From the NCBI GenBank assembly GCA_964016885.1, contig OZ024742.1, forward strand, positions 130,386,001-130,450,000: a stretch of 64,000 bases of DNA, written 5' to 3'. The notes under the pieces are model-generated. The model was not told where the DNA came from and searched no databases. It saw only the letters and a program-made list of their open reading frames with translations. The translations under genes and the position numbers were made by a program. Positions 12,336 through 26,800 of this stretch are shown here, piece after piece. The first letter of the stretch is position 1. Each line of letters opens with the position of its first letter. The DNA comes from Eledone cirrhosa (lineage: Eukaryota).

Positions 12336-15300
12336 TTTCTATTTATTTGCCACGAGGGCACAAAAGAAGGGGACAAATACAATGGGTGAGTTTACATAAA
12401 GGAACGAGTAAAAAAACAAATAACAAATATAAAATTAACAATACAGTCCTCAATAGGGAGGAGGCGTTTTGGGGGTTACACCCCTCCCCCCCGAAAAAGT
12501 GTGTAACCCTTTTCCTTAGGAGCACAGAGAGGGGGTGCTCCTTTGCACTTCCACCTTTCCACCTACAGGCTGATAAAGAGAGAAGGCCCATTCACACGGG
12601 CCATTCTCGCTACTTTCACCCACCTTTCATAAAACTTGCTGGGGTAGAGCACCTCTCTCTCCATTCTGATCCTTCTCTTAAAATGGTATTTAAAGAAAAG
12701 GACCAGTTGTTGACCGGTGAGAAAGGTGCCCGACTTCAGCCCTTTCAAACGTGTCCACCATACCACCTCCTTCATCATGGCTATTACACAGAGGAAGACC
12801 GCCTCTCCTTCATTTTTGAAGGGAGGAGGAGGCGGCTTGATCGTTACAATGGACTTAGTGGTCAACCGGATTGGTCTCTCCCGTGACAGCAGTCGTTCGA
12901 CATAGCCCCACAGATGGGCAACGCCCGAGCAGTGTACCAATGCGTGCGCAACGGTTTCCTCGTCGCGCACGCATCTGGGACAGATTTTTTTCGAGGGGTC
13001 CCTACCCGGGCGCCCGTGTCTGTAGAGCTTTTCTCGAACGGGCAGCGCCCCTCGGTAGCACTGCCAGGCCAGGGACTTCTGGAAGTTGTCCATAGGTCCC
13101 GGGCCAAATGTCCTCCCGAATAGGCTGGCCAGTTCGTCTTCCTCCATGCCTAAGGCTTGTCCGAGGGCGTCGTCGCACCTACTAATCACTAGCCCTCTAT
13201 AGAATGACGAGGTGGAGTCTCCACCAATAGCCGGGTCCGCCTGCCAGAGAGCCGTGAGCGCCTGGGCACACTCTGTGTGCCAGGCGCCCAGTTTTCTCGG
13301 TCTTTCTCAGTTTTCTCAGAAAGGCTCGCCTCACAAACGGGGCCCACACCGGTTGACCGGTGAGGAATACCTGGAGGAGCCGTAGCCTTAATGCGTGTTT
13401 TCGCATCAACAGCCACAGCTGGGTGTTGACAGCAGATGGATCTCCTCACCAAAGGAGCTCGCTTCTTCCAAAGGAATTGGAAGAGTGCGCGCTCCATTTT
13501 GGCGAGCGTTTCCCTTGGGCAAGGCACGACGGTCAGGCGGTAATAGATGACGGACGCTATATAAGCGTTCGCCACCTCCGCCCGACCTTTCAGGGATAGT
13601 TTGCACTCAGCCCACTTCCGCGTCAGCGCAAACACCCTGTTCGATACCTCACCCCAGTTCTTCTCCACCTGGAGGTCTGGCCCGAACCAGACCCCGAGCA
13701 ACTTCACCGGGCTCTCCGACCAACGTCCGACGACGCCGTTGGAGGCCATCGGTTTGCCCCTCCACTCGCTGAGTTGCAAACCGACTGACTTGTCCCGGTT
13801 CAGCTTAGCCCCTGTAAACGTTTCGTATTCCTCCAGTAAGGTGCCGATCACTCCGATTTCCGAGGCGGTTGACACCATCACTGTCACGTCATCGGCGTAG
13901 GCCGATACCGCTTACCGCAATCCCGGTTCCAAAGGGATGCTCTGTAACAACTCCAACTTCCGCAACAGTGGCTCTAGGGCCAATACATACAGAAGGGAGG
14001 AGAGAGGGCATCCCTGTCGGATGGACCGCGTGATTTCGAACGGCTCCGAGAGGTAGCCGTTCACCTTGGCCCTAGAGCAGATACGGCTGCTGTGCATGGC
14101 AGTGATCCAGCCCCTGAAAATGGGTCCGAAACCTGCCGCCACTAGCACCGCATCCAGGTAACGATGGTCGACCCTATCGAACGCTTTAGATTTATCCAAG
14201 TTGATCAGGGCCCCACCAAAGCCGGGTTCGTTCCCAACCCTCTCTATGATGTATCGCATGAGATAGAGGTTGTCGTGAAGGGCCCTGGACAGGATGGCGC
14301 ATGTATGCGCATCTCCCACCAGGTTGCCCACGATAAGCGCCAACCTCTTTGCTAACACCTTGGCCAAAATCTTTAACTCTGCATTTAGCAGTGTTATGGG
14401 ACTAAAATTACTTATTTCATCCCCCTTGTTCTCGTCCTTCCCCACTAGCGAGACTACGCCCTTGGTCACAGAACACGGAATTCTCCCGTTCTGTTGCCAG
14501 TTGCAGTAGACCGCTTCGAGGAGATCGAAGAACAAGTCCGGCATACTTAAATACAGTTCGTATGGAAGACCATCGAGGCCCGGAGATTTGCGTCTGCCGC
14601 ATTGGCTCAGCACGTCCCCTATTTCAGCAGCTGAGATCGGCCTCTCGCAGGACTTCGCCTCCTCGTCCGAAAGACGCGGCAGGCCATCGAGGTATGGACC
14701 GAGGTCCACATCCCCATCCGGCCCCCCGCCCCTTCCGAACAATCGGGCAAAGTGCCTTTGAAAGCCCTCGCACATCTGCTTAGGTTCAAGGATCACCCGT
14801 CCATCCTGGTCTCGCAAAGACTGGATAGTGGATCTAGTCCCACTTTTGGCTTCTGTCACGCGGGCCCAGCTAACAGATTTGGTCCCCTCGTTTCCCAGAG
14901 CACGTATTTTGCTTCGGACAACGCAGCCTTCGTGTTTCGCGTCGAAGAACTGGCCCAAGGTCGTTTTCGACGCTAACACTCTGGCTACGTCGCCGCTTCT
15001 AATTGCCTCTTCTACACTATCTACCAACTCCCTTTGCTTCCTATTTCTATCTGAGGCTAACTCCTTACTAACTCCTATTGAAGCTACTCTAATCTCTCTT
15101 TTGAGAGAGCCCCACCACCTGCTGTTGACGATGGCGCCCGTCAACCGCTCCTTAACTAATGTACTAATCCAGTTCCTGTAAGCTTTACTTGCCGGTAAGG
15201 ACAAGTTGAGCTTCCAGTAACCGGGTCCCTGTCTATGCGTTCTATCAAGGTTGACCATGGGGGTCACTAACTTGTGGTCTGAATAGCCAACCATGAGCAT

Positions 15301-18010
15301 TTTTGGACAACTTAAAAAGTCCCTATCCTTATTTCTAACTAAGAACCTATCTAGGTACGATCTAGATTGACCGCTGTGGTTTCTCCAAGTCCAGGTTGGC
15401 ACAGTCGGAAAATCTAGTCGATATCTATCGGCCAGTTCGAATCGGCCGATTAACCCCTTGAGGCTGTTACAACCCCCTCTATCAGGACATGCCCCTACAT
15501 AGTCCCAACGTGCATCTAGGATACCATTCCAGTCCCCCACTAAAAGCAAGTCCCTAGAAAAGTCTCCAGACGATGGAAGAAGTACGGTCGCGTTGACCCA
15601 AAACGGCCGTAGACGGCGACCAGCCTGAAGGCTCCGCCTTCACCACTGCCAATGTCCAGAACCACTAGTCGACCCTCCGAGTCCAAGAAGTGTACCGTCT
15701 GTGTAGCGAGACCCAGATGTTTTTGCAGCAGAACGACAACCCCACCCCCACCTCCGGGCTGACAGAGAGATGCGTGTATCTCAAAATCATCAAAGGTGGG
15801 GGCCAGCTGTCGCACGCTGCTGATCCGGGCCTCGCAAATAACTATCACATTTATACATCATGACTTGAGGTCCTTTAGAAGCATTGCTTGCTTCCAAGGT
15901 GAGCCCAGGCCACGCGCATTTAGACAACCTATTCTCAACAGAGCCATATTGGTGGTAAAGAGAAAAGGCACTTACCTCTCTGCTTCCCGGGGACCGGGCC
16001 GCACAATTTCCATGGGGGTGGGGGATGGGTTGTTGGGTGGTGTGGTGGTTTGTGGAAGTGTAGGGGCATCAGTGTGTGGTGAGGTTGGGGTGTTTGGATT
16101 TGTGTGGGTGTCTGGGGGGGGGGATTTTTTTAGGAGGACACGATTAATGGGTCTGACGCAGGGGGGGGGGGGGCACGTCCTCTTTAAAAGTGTCTTTTAA
16201 CGTTTTGTAAATGTCCATTGGGGCTTTTATCATTTTTAGATGGGGAAGCCCCGTTGCTTGTGCGAAATTCGAACCTTTGGTTTTTATTAAGTTGTTATTA
16301 TAAATAACGTTTAACAGTTTTTTGTTTATTGTATTTATGTAAGTATATGCACATTTTTCTTTTTGCGTGATGTTTTTTGTTTGCTGTTGTTGTGTGTTTT
16401 TTTGTGTTGATGTCTATGTTATGTCTTGGGGAGGGGTTGTTTGTATTTATGTTCCTGTGGTGTGTTTTCTTTCTTTTCTTTTAACTTTATGAATGTGTCC
16501 CCCCCCTCCCTTCTCGTCTGACGACGAAAGGAGGTCGTCTTCCGTATTCGAGGGGAGGGGTTCATTTTCGGCTCATGTTTGTGGTGTGGGTGTTATTGTA
16601 TTTGTTTTCTGGGTGGGTGGGATTGTTTTCAGTTGTGTTTTAACTTGTGGTGGTTGTGTTGGTAGTGTTGTAGTTGTTGGTGTGGGAAAAATCGGTGTTA
16701 TTTTGTTTGCTTGGGAACAGGCAGCCCTCAGGCGACCTCTCCCACCACAGAGGTAACAAGCGGGTCGTCTACCCTCCACTGTGATGTGTAAGTAGGCAAG
16801 CCAATCCAGCAATATGCGGTCGGGGATCCTAGCAATTCGTTCTGGTTGCATTTGCACCAGAACTTGCAGGAAGACTTACCTACCGAAATTACTGCATCCT
16901 CTTTCAAGTCGAGGAGGCCACACAGTACCGCCCAGAAATCAATATCTGGATCGAAACTGTGTATGGTCAATCATTGTGTTTTTCTTCCCAAATAAGTGGG
17001 GAAGAAGGTAAATAAGGGGGACACAATTGGGGCCAGGGAATGTTTTTCGGCCGTCAATTTATCTTTCATTCGGATGGATAGACTACCGTAGAGTCTATCC
17101 TTCCGAATGAATACAATGTTTTTCAGATGATCTTTTAACGCCAGTTCAATCTCTGTCTGTGTGAGTTGTACTGGCTTACGGGTTTTGTTGGATATTGTCT
17201 ATAAATAATAGTTTTTAAGCTATTTTCCTTTTTTAGCTCTGGGGGAGAATTTAAAGAAAATAGACCATTCTCCTCCAAAGTTATATACTTCCGTGCATTT
17301 TCCATTTGCTGGGCCATGTTCGAAATGTCAATAAGTTCATACACAATGTTTTTTTTGGTAGTATGAGCGAACGTCATTTTGTTCGCCCCCTCTTTGTTTA
17401 CATTTGTCGAAATATGGTTGTTTCTTGTTTTTTGTTGTTACAATTTTCATTTTTTGTTGTGTTTGTGTTATTTATGTTGGTGTATGCGATCACATTTTTT
17501 TCCCCGTTGGGGTTAGACTCCATTTTTTCAAAATGTTCACTTATATTTTCAGTATCCGAGAGACTTGTAGTCACAGCTGCCACCTCTCTATCACCTTTGC
17601 TGTCGAAACGGCATCCATTAATGTTGGCAATTTCTCTGAGACAATCTTTTTCACATTTTTTTCATTAGTGTTAGGCTCCATTTTTTCAATGTTTCTAATA
17701 ATCATTATTTTTTCAATAGGGAGGCTTGTTGCCTCCGCTACCCGCTCTCCTTCAGTTTGTTGAGTGGGAGTGTCATCGTTATCTGTGGCAATGGCTTCCT
17801 TTACCACTAGCGTAGAGACAATGACAAGATTTTTAAGATGAAAAATTTCACCCCAAAAGGGGTGAAATAAATTAACCCTAATGTCCGAAGACCCAGGCAA
17901 GGGGGTTAATTAACACAATAACGCAAGAATGCAGACACACATTTACTGTTAACACGTAATATATCCAATAATCGAGGAGCCGATGTGAAGAACGTCTATA
18001 CCATCCGGAG
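12336..18010 (-). mobile_element. Tx1/L1-clade LINE copy A, near full length, decayed
   Basis: ORF1 with zinc knuckle (VEGRRPACYLCGGRG..C); ORF2 APE-RT-zinc finger; AATAAA then (TATC)n. Confidence 0.93.
12563..15947 (-). pseudogene. LINE A ORF2 (APE endonuclease, RT, C-terminal zinc finger), disrupted
   Basis: LNARGL, VGDWN, SYLDRF, YSDHK, GPGYWKLN, KSPGLDG, KAFDRVDH, RQGCPLS, YADD, CPRC..ETVAHALVHC. Confidence 0.93.
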
Positions 18011-18030
18011 GTAGATAGATAGATAGATAA

Positions 18031-20830
18031 ATTTCTTTATTAGCCACAAGGGCACAACAGAAGGGGACAAATACAAATGGGGAGTTTACATACAGGTATA
18101 TGAAAATATAACTATTAATACAATAACAAATAACAATTGAAATCCCCAATAGGGGGAGGCGTTACACAGGGGTTGTACACACCCCGAACAAATGTACAAC
18201 CCTCATCTCCAGGAGCACCAAGAGTGAGTACTCCTTTCCTCTCTTCCTCTTTTTCTTCAACCTACAGGCTTATATAGAGAGAAGGCCCAACCACTCGGGC
18301 CATCTTTGCCATATTCACCCACCTTTTATAAAATTTGCACCTCTCTCTCGATCCTGATTCTTCTTCCAAAATGATATTTGAAAAAACGAATCAGTTGCTC
18401 GCCGGAGAGAAAGGTGTCTGACCTCAACCCTTTTAACCTCGTCCACCATATAACCTCTTTCACCATAGCCATAACACATAGGAAAACCGCCTCTCCCTCG
18501 TTTTTGAAGGAGGGTGGCGGTTTGATCATGACAATGGACTCGGTGGTCAACTGGATTGGTCCCACCCGCGACAATAGTCGTTCTACATAGCCCCACAGGT
18601 CGGTAACGCCCGGGCAGTGTACATATGCGTGTGCGACGGTTTCCTCGTCGCGCACGCATCTCGGACAGATCTTTTTCGAAGGGTTCCTACCCGGGCGCCC
18701 GTGTCTGTAGAGCTTGTCTCGAACTGGTAGAGCTCCTCAGTAGCACTGCGCGGCCAGGGACTTTTGGAAGTTGTCCATTGGTCCCGGGCGGAAGGTCCTA
18801 CCGTCAGACTGGCCAGTTCGTCCTCCTCTACGCCTAAAGTTTCTCCGAGCGTGTCGTCGCACTTGCTGCGGACCAACCTTCTATAGAATGTCGAAGTGGA
18901 GTCTCCACTGATCGCCGGGTCCGTTTGCCAGAGGACTGTGAGCGCCTGAGCACATTCGATGTGCCAGTCGCCCATTTTCCTCGGTCTTTGCTTGACCCAG
19001 GACTGCAGCTCGGTCAGCGAACGGGGCCCACACCGGTTGTCTGGTGAGGAATACGTGGAGGTGCCGCCGCCTGAGCGCGTGTTTGCGCATCGTCAACCAC
19101 GGCATCCCCAGCCCTCCGTTTGAAGGGTGTTGGCAGCAGATGGATCTTCTCACCAAAGAAGCCCGTTTCTTCCAAAGGAATTGGAAGAGCGCGCGCTCGA
19201 TTTTGGTGAGCGTTTTGACTGGACAAGGCACAACAGTCAAGCGGTAGTAGATGACGGACGCTATAAAAGTGTTCTCCATTCTTCAAGGATAGTTTGCACT
19301 CGGCCCACTTCTGGGTGAGCGTAAATACCTTGGCCGTCACCTCGTTCCAGTTCTTCTCCACCTGGAGGTCAGGACCAAACCAGACCCCGAGCAGCTTTAC
19401 CGGTCCTTCCATCCAGCGTCCGACGACGTCATCGGAAGGCATCGGTTTGCCTCTCCACGTTCCGAGTTGCAAACCGACGGATTTGTCCCGGTTCAGCTTC
19501 GCTCCTGTGAACCTTTCGTATTCCCCCAGTAAGGTGCCGATCTCCCCGATTTGCGAGGTGCTCGACACCATTACTGTCACGTCGTCAGCGTAGGCCGACG
19601 ATGCTTTTCGTAGTCCCGGTTCCAAAGGGATGCCCTGCAATACCTCCAACTTCCGTAGTAGTGGCTCGAGAGTTAGTACGTACAGAAGGGAGGCTAGAGG
19701 GCATCCCTGTCGGATGGATCGCGTGATATGGAACGGCTCCGAGAGGTAGCCGTTCACCTTCACCCTGAGCAGGTGTTGCTGTTGTGCATTGCAGCAATCC
19801 AGCCCCTGAACACGGGACCGAAGCCTGCCGCCTCGAGCACCGCATCCAGGTAACGATGGCCTTAGACTGATCCAAGTTGATCAGGGCCCCACCGAAGCCG
19901 GGTTTACACCCTACCCTCTCTATGATGTGTCGCATGAGGTGGAGGTTGTCGTGTATGGATCTGGTCGGGATTGCGCATGTCTGCACTTCTCCCACCAGGT
20001 TTTCGACGACAAGCGCCAGCCTCTTTGCTAACACCTTGGCCAAAATCTGTAACTCTGTGTTGAACAGAGTTATGGGCCGGAAGTTGCCTATGTCATCCGC
20101 CTTGTTCTCGTCCTTCCTGACTAACCTGATTACGCCCTTGGTCACAGAACTGGGAATTATCCCGTTCTGCCGCCAGTTGCAGTAGGCCACTTCCAGGAGA
20201 CCGGAGAACAAGTCCGGCATTGCTACGTAAAATTCGTAGTGTAGACCGTCGAGACCTGGAGATTTGCGTTTGCCGCGTCTCCTATCTTAGCGGCCGAAAT
20301 CGGCCTTTCGCAGAACTTCGCCTCGCTGTCCGAGAGTCGCGGTAGGCCGTCGAGGTATGAACCGAAATCCATAGCCCCTCCCGGCGCGCCGCCCTGCCCG
20401 AACAGTTGAGCAAAGTGCCGCTGAAAGGCCGCGCACATTTGCTTCGGCTCACGTATCACGCGCCCGTCTTGGTCCTTCAAAGACCGAATCGCGGACTTGT
20501 TGCCTCTTTTCGCCTCCGTCACTCGGGCCTAGCTAACAGCTTTGGCTCCCTCGTTTCCCAGAGCACGTATTTTGCTTCTGACAACGCAGCCTTCGTGCTT
20601 TGCGTCGAAGAACTGGTCCAAGGCTGTTCTCGTCGCTAGCACGCTGGCTACGTTGCCACTCCTAAGTGCCTCTTCTACTTTATCTACCAGTTCCCTTTCA
20701 GTCTTATTTCTATATAACACTAATTTTTTACTAAAACCTATCGACTTTGGAAGTTGTCCGTTGGTCCCGGGCGGAAGGTCCTACCGAACAGACTGGCCAG
20801 TTCGTCCTCCTCTACGCCTAGAGTTTCTCC
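18031..20830 (-). mobile_element. Tx1-like LINE copy B, 5'-truncated with a rearranged 5' end
   Basis: RT motifs (NFRPITL, RQGCPL, AYADD), zinc finger, 3'UTR, short (TATC)n abutting the 5' end of copy A. Confidence 0.92.
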
Positions 20831-21344
20831 AGGTAGACACATAGATAAACAACATACATATATACATGATGGCTTCCCCCTCGTTATCGAGTATGGCCAT
20901 TGCACGATATACCATTATTAATAATTATTAATTAATTCTATCGTGCAATGCCTGTGCGTGAAGATATCTTTTAAAGTGAGGAAAGACTGTGCACTGAGCC
21001 AATCCCACTCTCTGAGAGACAGTAGCTATAACCTGAAAAGAAGAAAAGATCAACATCATCGGTAACTACTGAGCCGCAGGTTTTATATCGGAGTTATCCC
21101 AGTTTCCTGAGTTCCCTTCTCCTAGAAGAATGCCCTGACAAAAGCTAGGGGTCCTTCACTCCCAGTGATTTAACCGCGCGATCGGGTGTCCAGCCCGACT
21201 ATTTCTATGTCGCCGCGCATATACATACACATGCACCTATGTATATACACATATATACATATGTACATGTGTATATACATATATATACAGACAGACAGAC
21301 AAACAGATAGATAGACATATAGACAGACAGATAGATAGATAGAT

Positions 21345-21510
21345 AATCGACCCCAGTACGGGATTGATGCTTTATTTATCGATTTTGAATGAAAGATGAA
21401 ATGTAAAGTTGATCTCGATAGGATTTGAACTGAACTCAGAGCACAGGGAACCGAAACAAAGACGAAGAATATTTTTAGTCCGATCATCTAACGGCTCCCC
21501 CAATTCTCGG
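21345..21510 (-). mobile_element. Old diverged SINE copy after (GATA/GACA)n
   Basis: Degenerate SINE core and B box (GGATTTGAACT on +). Confidence 0.6.
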
Positions 21511-21669
21511 CTTCCACATTGTGTATCTACTAAGAGAAGTGTTCAACTGGTGATACAAAGAGACACTTACATGGAAATATGTAAATTATTCAATGATGGA
21601 AAGGAATGAATGAAGAGATGTTTAGTGGGAATTAACAGTTTAAAAAAGAATTCTCAACCAGCGAGGTGC

Positions 21670-22070
21670 ATTAAATTTACATTTTAAAATGACATCTAGC
21701 TGCGACAACTGTTATGCAAAGAAATTACATGCTATGTACTCAGGTGCAACGAATAAACTTTATTTAACATTTATGAAACCTCTGTTAAATGAATTTGAAA
21801 ACATTAATTTGCTGCTCCAAAAAGAAAAAGCGGATTACTGAAGTATCTTAAATAAATTATGCAGTTTTGTACTGTCTATGCTCACAAAAAATTTACTTCT
21901 TTAGTATATGAATTCTGAAGCGAATTTAGGTATTGAATCAATGTACCTCTTACGTAAAAAATGATTTTGGAAATAAATTCTCTAACCCTTTGAGGAATAA
22001 AATTTTATCAAAATATAATTACCAAGAACAAGGGAACGTTGTACAAAAGCGGTGTCTAAGCTTTTAGAGA
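21670..22070 (+). pseudogene. Possible decayed hAT-like transposase fragment
   Basis: LNLHF..CY..LHAMYS..NKLYLTFMKPLLNEFENINLLLQKEKAD resembles hAT transposases (recalled). Confidence 0.35.
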
Positions 22071-22656
22071 CGGAAGTTTAAAGAACCTTTGAGTAATACA
22101 TGGTAGCATGTGATACGCTTCCACCAGTGGTTTCAGGTGTTCAGGTAGTCAGGAGCAGACACTGATACCCACCCGACATTACCATCCTTGCTCCAGTGGA
22201 ACAACTAGAATGTGACAACACTTATTGGGACATAACAAAACAGGTAGAGACAAGATATAACTTTAGGAAAATTACACAAACATTGGGTGGTTTTCTGCTA
22301 GCATGTGTAGTGTGTATATTGATATTATACGCAAGTATATATACATGTAGAGATGATACAATTGACAATATCCACATAAATTGAACGAAGACTATGTTAC
22401 ACTGTCCTATGTAATCAGTAACGTAATCCATGATGCATTTAAAAAAAGACGATATTATATATAAACTACATTAGGAGAAAATTAGTGACGGAAATATATG
22501 AATGTTTATTTAAACGATCGCTAATCGGAAGTGTTGGCATTTGAAAATTTTAAAGAAGTGAATCTTTAAATAAGCAATAAAATATATTTAATCAAAAGCT
22601 ACGAAATTTAGCAGATAAATTATGTAATATTCATTAATTATTTATTCAAAGTAATG

Positions 22657-22838
22657 GATTGGCAGTATCGGTAGAGGGTCGGACGCCATGCTTTGACGCA
22701 TAGTTACGGCCCTTGCCATTTTGAGTTCAAATCCCGCCGAGGTTAACTTTGCCTTTCATCCTTACGGGGTCGATACAATAAAGTACCAGTAATGCACTGG
22801 GTAATTGCTGGCCTTGTGCCAAAAGTAGAAACAATTAT
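22657..22838 (+). mobile_element. SINE copy
   Basis: A/B boxes, core, tail. Confidence 0.9.
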
Positions 22839-23169
22839 TTATTCAAAGCAATCCAACTTATTTTACAAACGGGATAAAAAATTATATTCTGGATGCAATC
22901 CCGCACTCCTTTCTTTATTATAGTTTAGATATAGATGAAAAAGTATCCCAAGTGTGTCAATTGACAAAGAAGGGAGAGAACGGTGTGTGAAGTCTTAGCC
23001 AAAGGTGAAAATATATAGAAAGGAGAGAAATAGTAAAACAGAAGAGAATGATATGGACTGTAGTCCAACGTGCAGACAAAGAAGAATGACACCGAGGCTC
23101 AGAAGAATGAAGTGAAAACAGCGTCAGGAAACTCCGAACACGCTAGTTTACCATGGATTTTATAGTAAA

Positions 23170-23265
23170 CTAGCAGCAGGACCCGGCGTTGCACGAGGTA
23201 GGAAACGTGAAATAGCAACACGCATACGCAAAGATTGAGGAATGTAGCTGTGTACTTTTTGAATT
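23170..23265 (-). mobile_element. Helitron 3' terminus
   Basis: Minus strand CTCGTGCAACGCCGGG hairpin followed by CTAG|T. Confidence 0.6.
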
Positions 23266-23765
23266 CCCTTCAAAAACGAAGGAGAGGCGGTTTTCCTTTG
23301 TGTGATAGCTATGGCGAAAGAGGTTGTATGGTGGACAAGGTTGAAAGGGCTGAGGTCAGACACCTTTCTCTCCGGCCAACAACTGATTCTTTTTTTCAAA
23401 TACCACTTTGGAAGAAGAATCAGGATGGAGAGAGAGGTGCTGTACCCCAGCAAGTTTTATGAAAGGTGGGTGAAAGTGGCGAGAATGGCCCGAGTGAATG
23501 GGCCTTCTCTCTATATCAGCCTGTAGGTTGAGGAAAAGGAGGAGGAGAGGAAAGGAGTACAAACTGTTCGTACTCCTGGAGATGAGGGTTGCACATTTTT
23601 TTTCGGGGGTATGTGTTACCCATATAAACTGTCTCCCTCTATTGGGGAAAATCGACTAACTTTTTAAATTCCATTTGTGATAACATTTTACACGTTTTTA
23701 TTGTATGTAAACTTCCCCCTTTGTATTTGTTCCCCTTCTTTTGTGCCCCTGTGGCTAATAAAGAA

Positions 23766-23766
<1 letters not shown>
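23266..23766 (+). mobile_element. Tx1-like LINE copy C, 3' ~500 bp only
   Basis: FKNEGEAVFLCVIAMAKEVVWWTRLKG...SLYISL*, 3'UTR, AATAAA, (TATC)n. Confidence 0.92.
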
Positions 23767-23849
<83 letters not shown>

Positions 23850-23859
23850 CTCTCTCTCT

Positions 23860-26800
23860 TTGCCTGACGCGTCGAACATCGCTGGTAAGATTTTTTGTAA
23901 ATTTATATATGAAAAACAGAATAAATTGTTTGAAAAAACATATTATTTTGTAGATTAACCCCTAAGTTAATGATTTGTCAGCTGGGTGGTAATCCTTTAG
24001 GGGCGAAAATTTAATTTAAAAATTGTTTTAAAATATCAAATTTTGCAAACTATAAAATATAAATAACACGAAGGGAACGCTGGAGAACGTCGACAGAGAA
24101 AAGAGAGAGAAAGAGGCAAATTTTAACGTTATATCTGCTTCTGCTACTATGGACGTCGCCAGAGATATGACTGTTAACAAAGAGGAAAAAATTTTACCAC
24201 TCGAAAATTGTACAATTTCTACCGTCGAAGCGGAGAAAAATAACACTAACTCACATGAAAACACAGAAATTAAACCTATTAACATACATACACATGAAAA
24301 AGACACCAACAACTCCACAGATACATCTACACATAAAGTTTTACCTCGTCAAGGAACTGAGATTTCCAACACCGAGACTAACAACGATAACAACAACAGC
24401 AACACCACACAAAAAAAGAAAATGTCTTTCGCTGAAACAGTGAACAAAAAACAAGATTTTATAAATCTTGACATCTCCAATGCGAGGGATATGCTCCAGC
24501 AAGGGAGAAAATTTGTAACTTTCGAAGAGAAAGGTAGGTTTAGAATTAACTCACCCCTTGAAATAAAGGAAGACACAGTTCGAAGATCAGTCACCTTTAG
24601 GACTGTGTACAATTCCACGAGAAAGCCGATATTTGTTAGTCAAGCAGATATAGAAGCTACTTTCAAGAAAATTCTAGCAAATATCGATTTTCTCCAGCGA
24701 GGAAAACAGTACGGAAGTGTTTCCGTACTGTTTAAAAGCGAGGCACTCGCCTAAAAACATTCTGTGACACCAATGGTGTCAAAAGCATTCACCGTTTTCT
24801 CTACATACATGGGAAAAACGACACAAAAAATAAAAATAAAAAATATACCCCAAACATTAACATCTGGTGGATCTTGGCTGGCTTCGTAGAGCCAGAAACT
24901 GATATGATTCTTTCGATACGAAAGTCTATTCGACAAAGGTGGGCGGGTACTGATTTGGAGATTCTGTTGCAAATGAGGCCGGAGAGAATCTCCAAAATAC
25001 CCGAAAGAGTCGTCATCGATGATAACAACAAAATAATCATTTCGGTAGAAGGACGAAAATTTCATTGCTTTCGCTGTGGTAGCACAGCACACCTAAAAGC
25101 CTCTTGTCACAACAACAACATCATTAAAAAAACACTATTACAAACACCAACACCAAAACAACCACCACCACCACAAGTACAACGACAGACGAAACGAGCA
25201 ACCACACCAAAACAAACAGACACTCAACCAACAACAACAGAAAAAACAGAGACAACACCCCTGAAGAACACAGCCCCACCCCATCCCACTCCATCAAACA
25301 CTACCACAAACACACACACCGAAACACCACCACCACACAACATACCCCTACCCCACACACCTGACGATGATTATTCATCGACGGATGAAGCTGCTTCTGC
25401 TTCTTTAAGTGAAGAAGAGGGAGAGCCGCGGAAATCTAAAAAAACAAAAAAAGAGACACCACAAAACCCCCAAAACTTCAATCACCAACACCAACACACA
25501 ACCACAGACACAAACAACAACACAAACAACACCACAGTCAAACATCCCCCTATCAGCAAAACCAACACCAACACCACCCCAAACACAAGCACCCACCATA
25601 AAAAGAAAACTCCCGGACGAACAACAAACTAAAACAACACAACAAAAACAAAAACAACAATACGCATACATCAACACAAACAACAAGAATTTGATGGAGG
25701 TCATCTCCCAAAACCCCAAAGGTGGAGACGGAGAGCAAAACTTTCGTCAAGGCAGAATCGTCTCCACACCTTAAACTTATAAGGGTTTCTATGGAAACCT
25801 ATAATGACCTAAAAAATAAATTTTCACAGGACGTGAGCAACCCCTGCCAGAAACCCATCAACCGCTTCCTGTTAAAATGTTTCCCCACCCCACCCAACAC
25901 CCCATCCAGCACCCAAATGGAGATTGAACAACCCGATCTCCAGGAAACGAAAAGGTAAGTGCACCTTTCGCCCTGCTTCGCCCTGCTTCGCCAACTCTTC
26001 TCCACCAACATGGCTAGTTTACGAATTGGGAGCGTGAATGTGCGTGGCCTAGGGATGCCCTGGAAACAGGGCCAACTTTTAAACGACCTTAGGTCACACG
26101 GTATGGATATGATAGCCATCACCGAGTCCAGGATCCACAACAGGCAGCAACTAACCCCCATCTTCGACGACTTTGAGATCTACGCATCTCTCTGTCAGCC
26201 AGGAGGTGGGGGTGGAGTGGTTGTCATGTTTCGGAAGAACCTGGACGTTGAAGTACAGCAAGTACACTTGGACCCGCAGGGTAGACTGGTAGTCCTAGAC
26301 GTGAACAGTATTGGAGGTGGAGCCTTCAGACTAGTGGCCGTTTATGCCCCGACCAGGGCCAGACTTCTTTAAGCGTCTAGAGTCCTTTCTGGGAACGTCT
26401 CGCTCCTTACTTTTAGTGGGGGACTGGAATGGTATCCTAGATGCACGGTAGGACTATGTGGGAGCATGTCCCAGTAGAGCGGGGTGCAACAGCCTCAAAA
26501 CTTTAATCGGCCAATTCCAACTGGCCGATAGGTATCGACAGGATTTCCCGACTGCACCACAGTGGACATGGGCAAACCGCAGTGGGACATCTAGATCGTA
26601 TTTAGATAGGTTCTTCATTAGAGAAAGGGACAAGGAGATGTTAAGCTATCCACGAATTCACATGGTTGCCTATTCAGCTCACAAATTAGTCGTCTGCATA
26701 GTCAACCGTGACAGAACACATAGACAGGGACCCGGATATTGGAAGCTGAACGTGTCGTTGACGGCACGTAAAGCTTACAGTGAACGGATAAGTAGACTAG

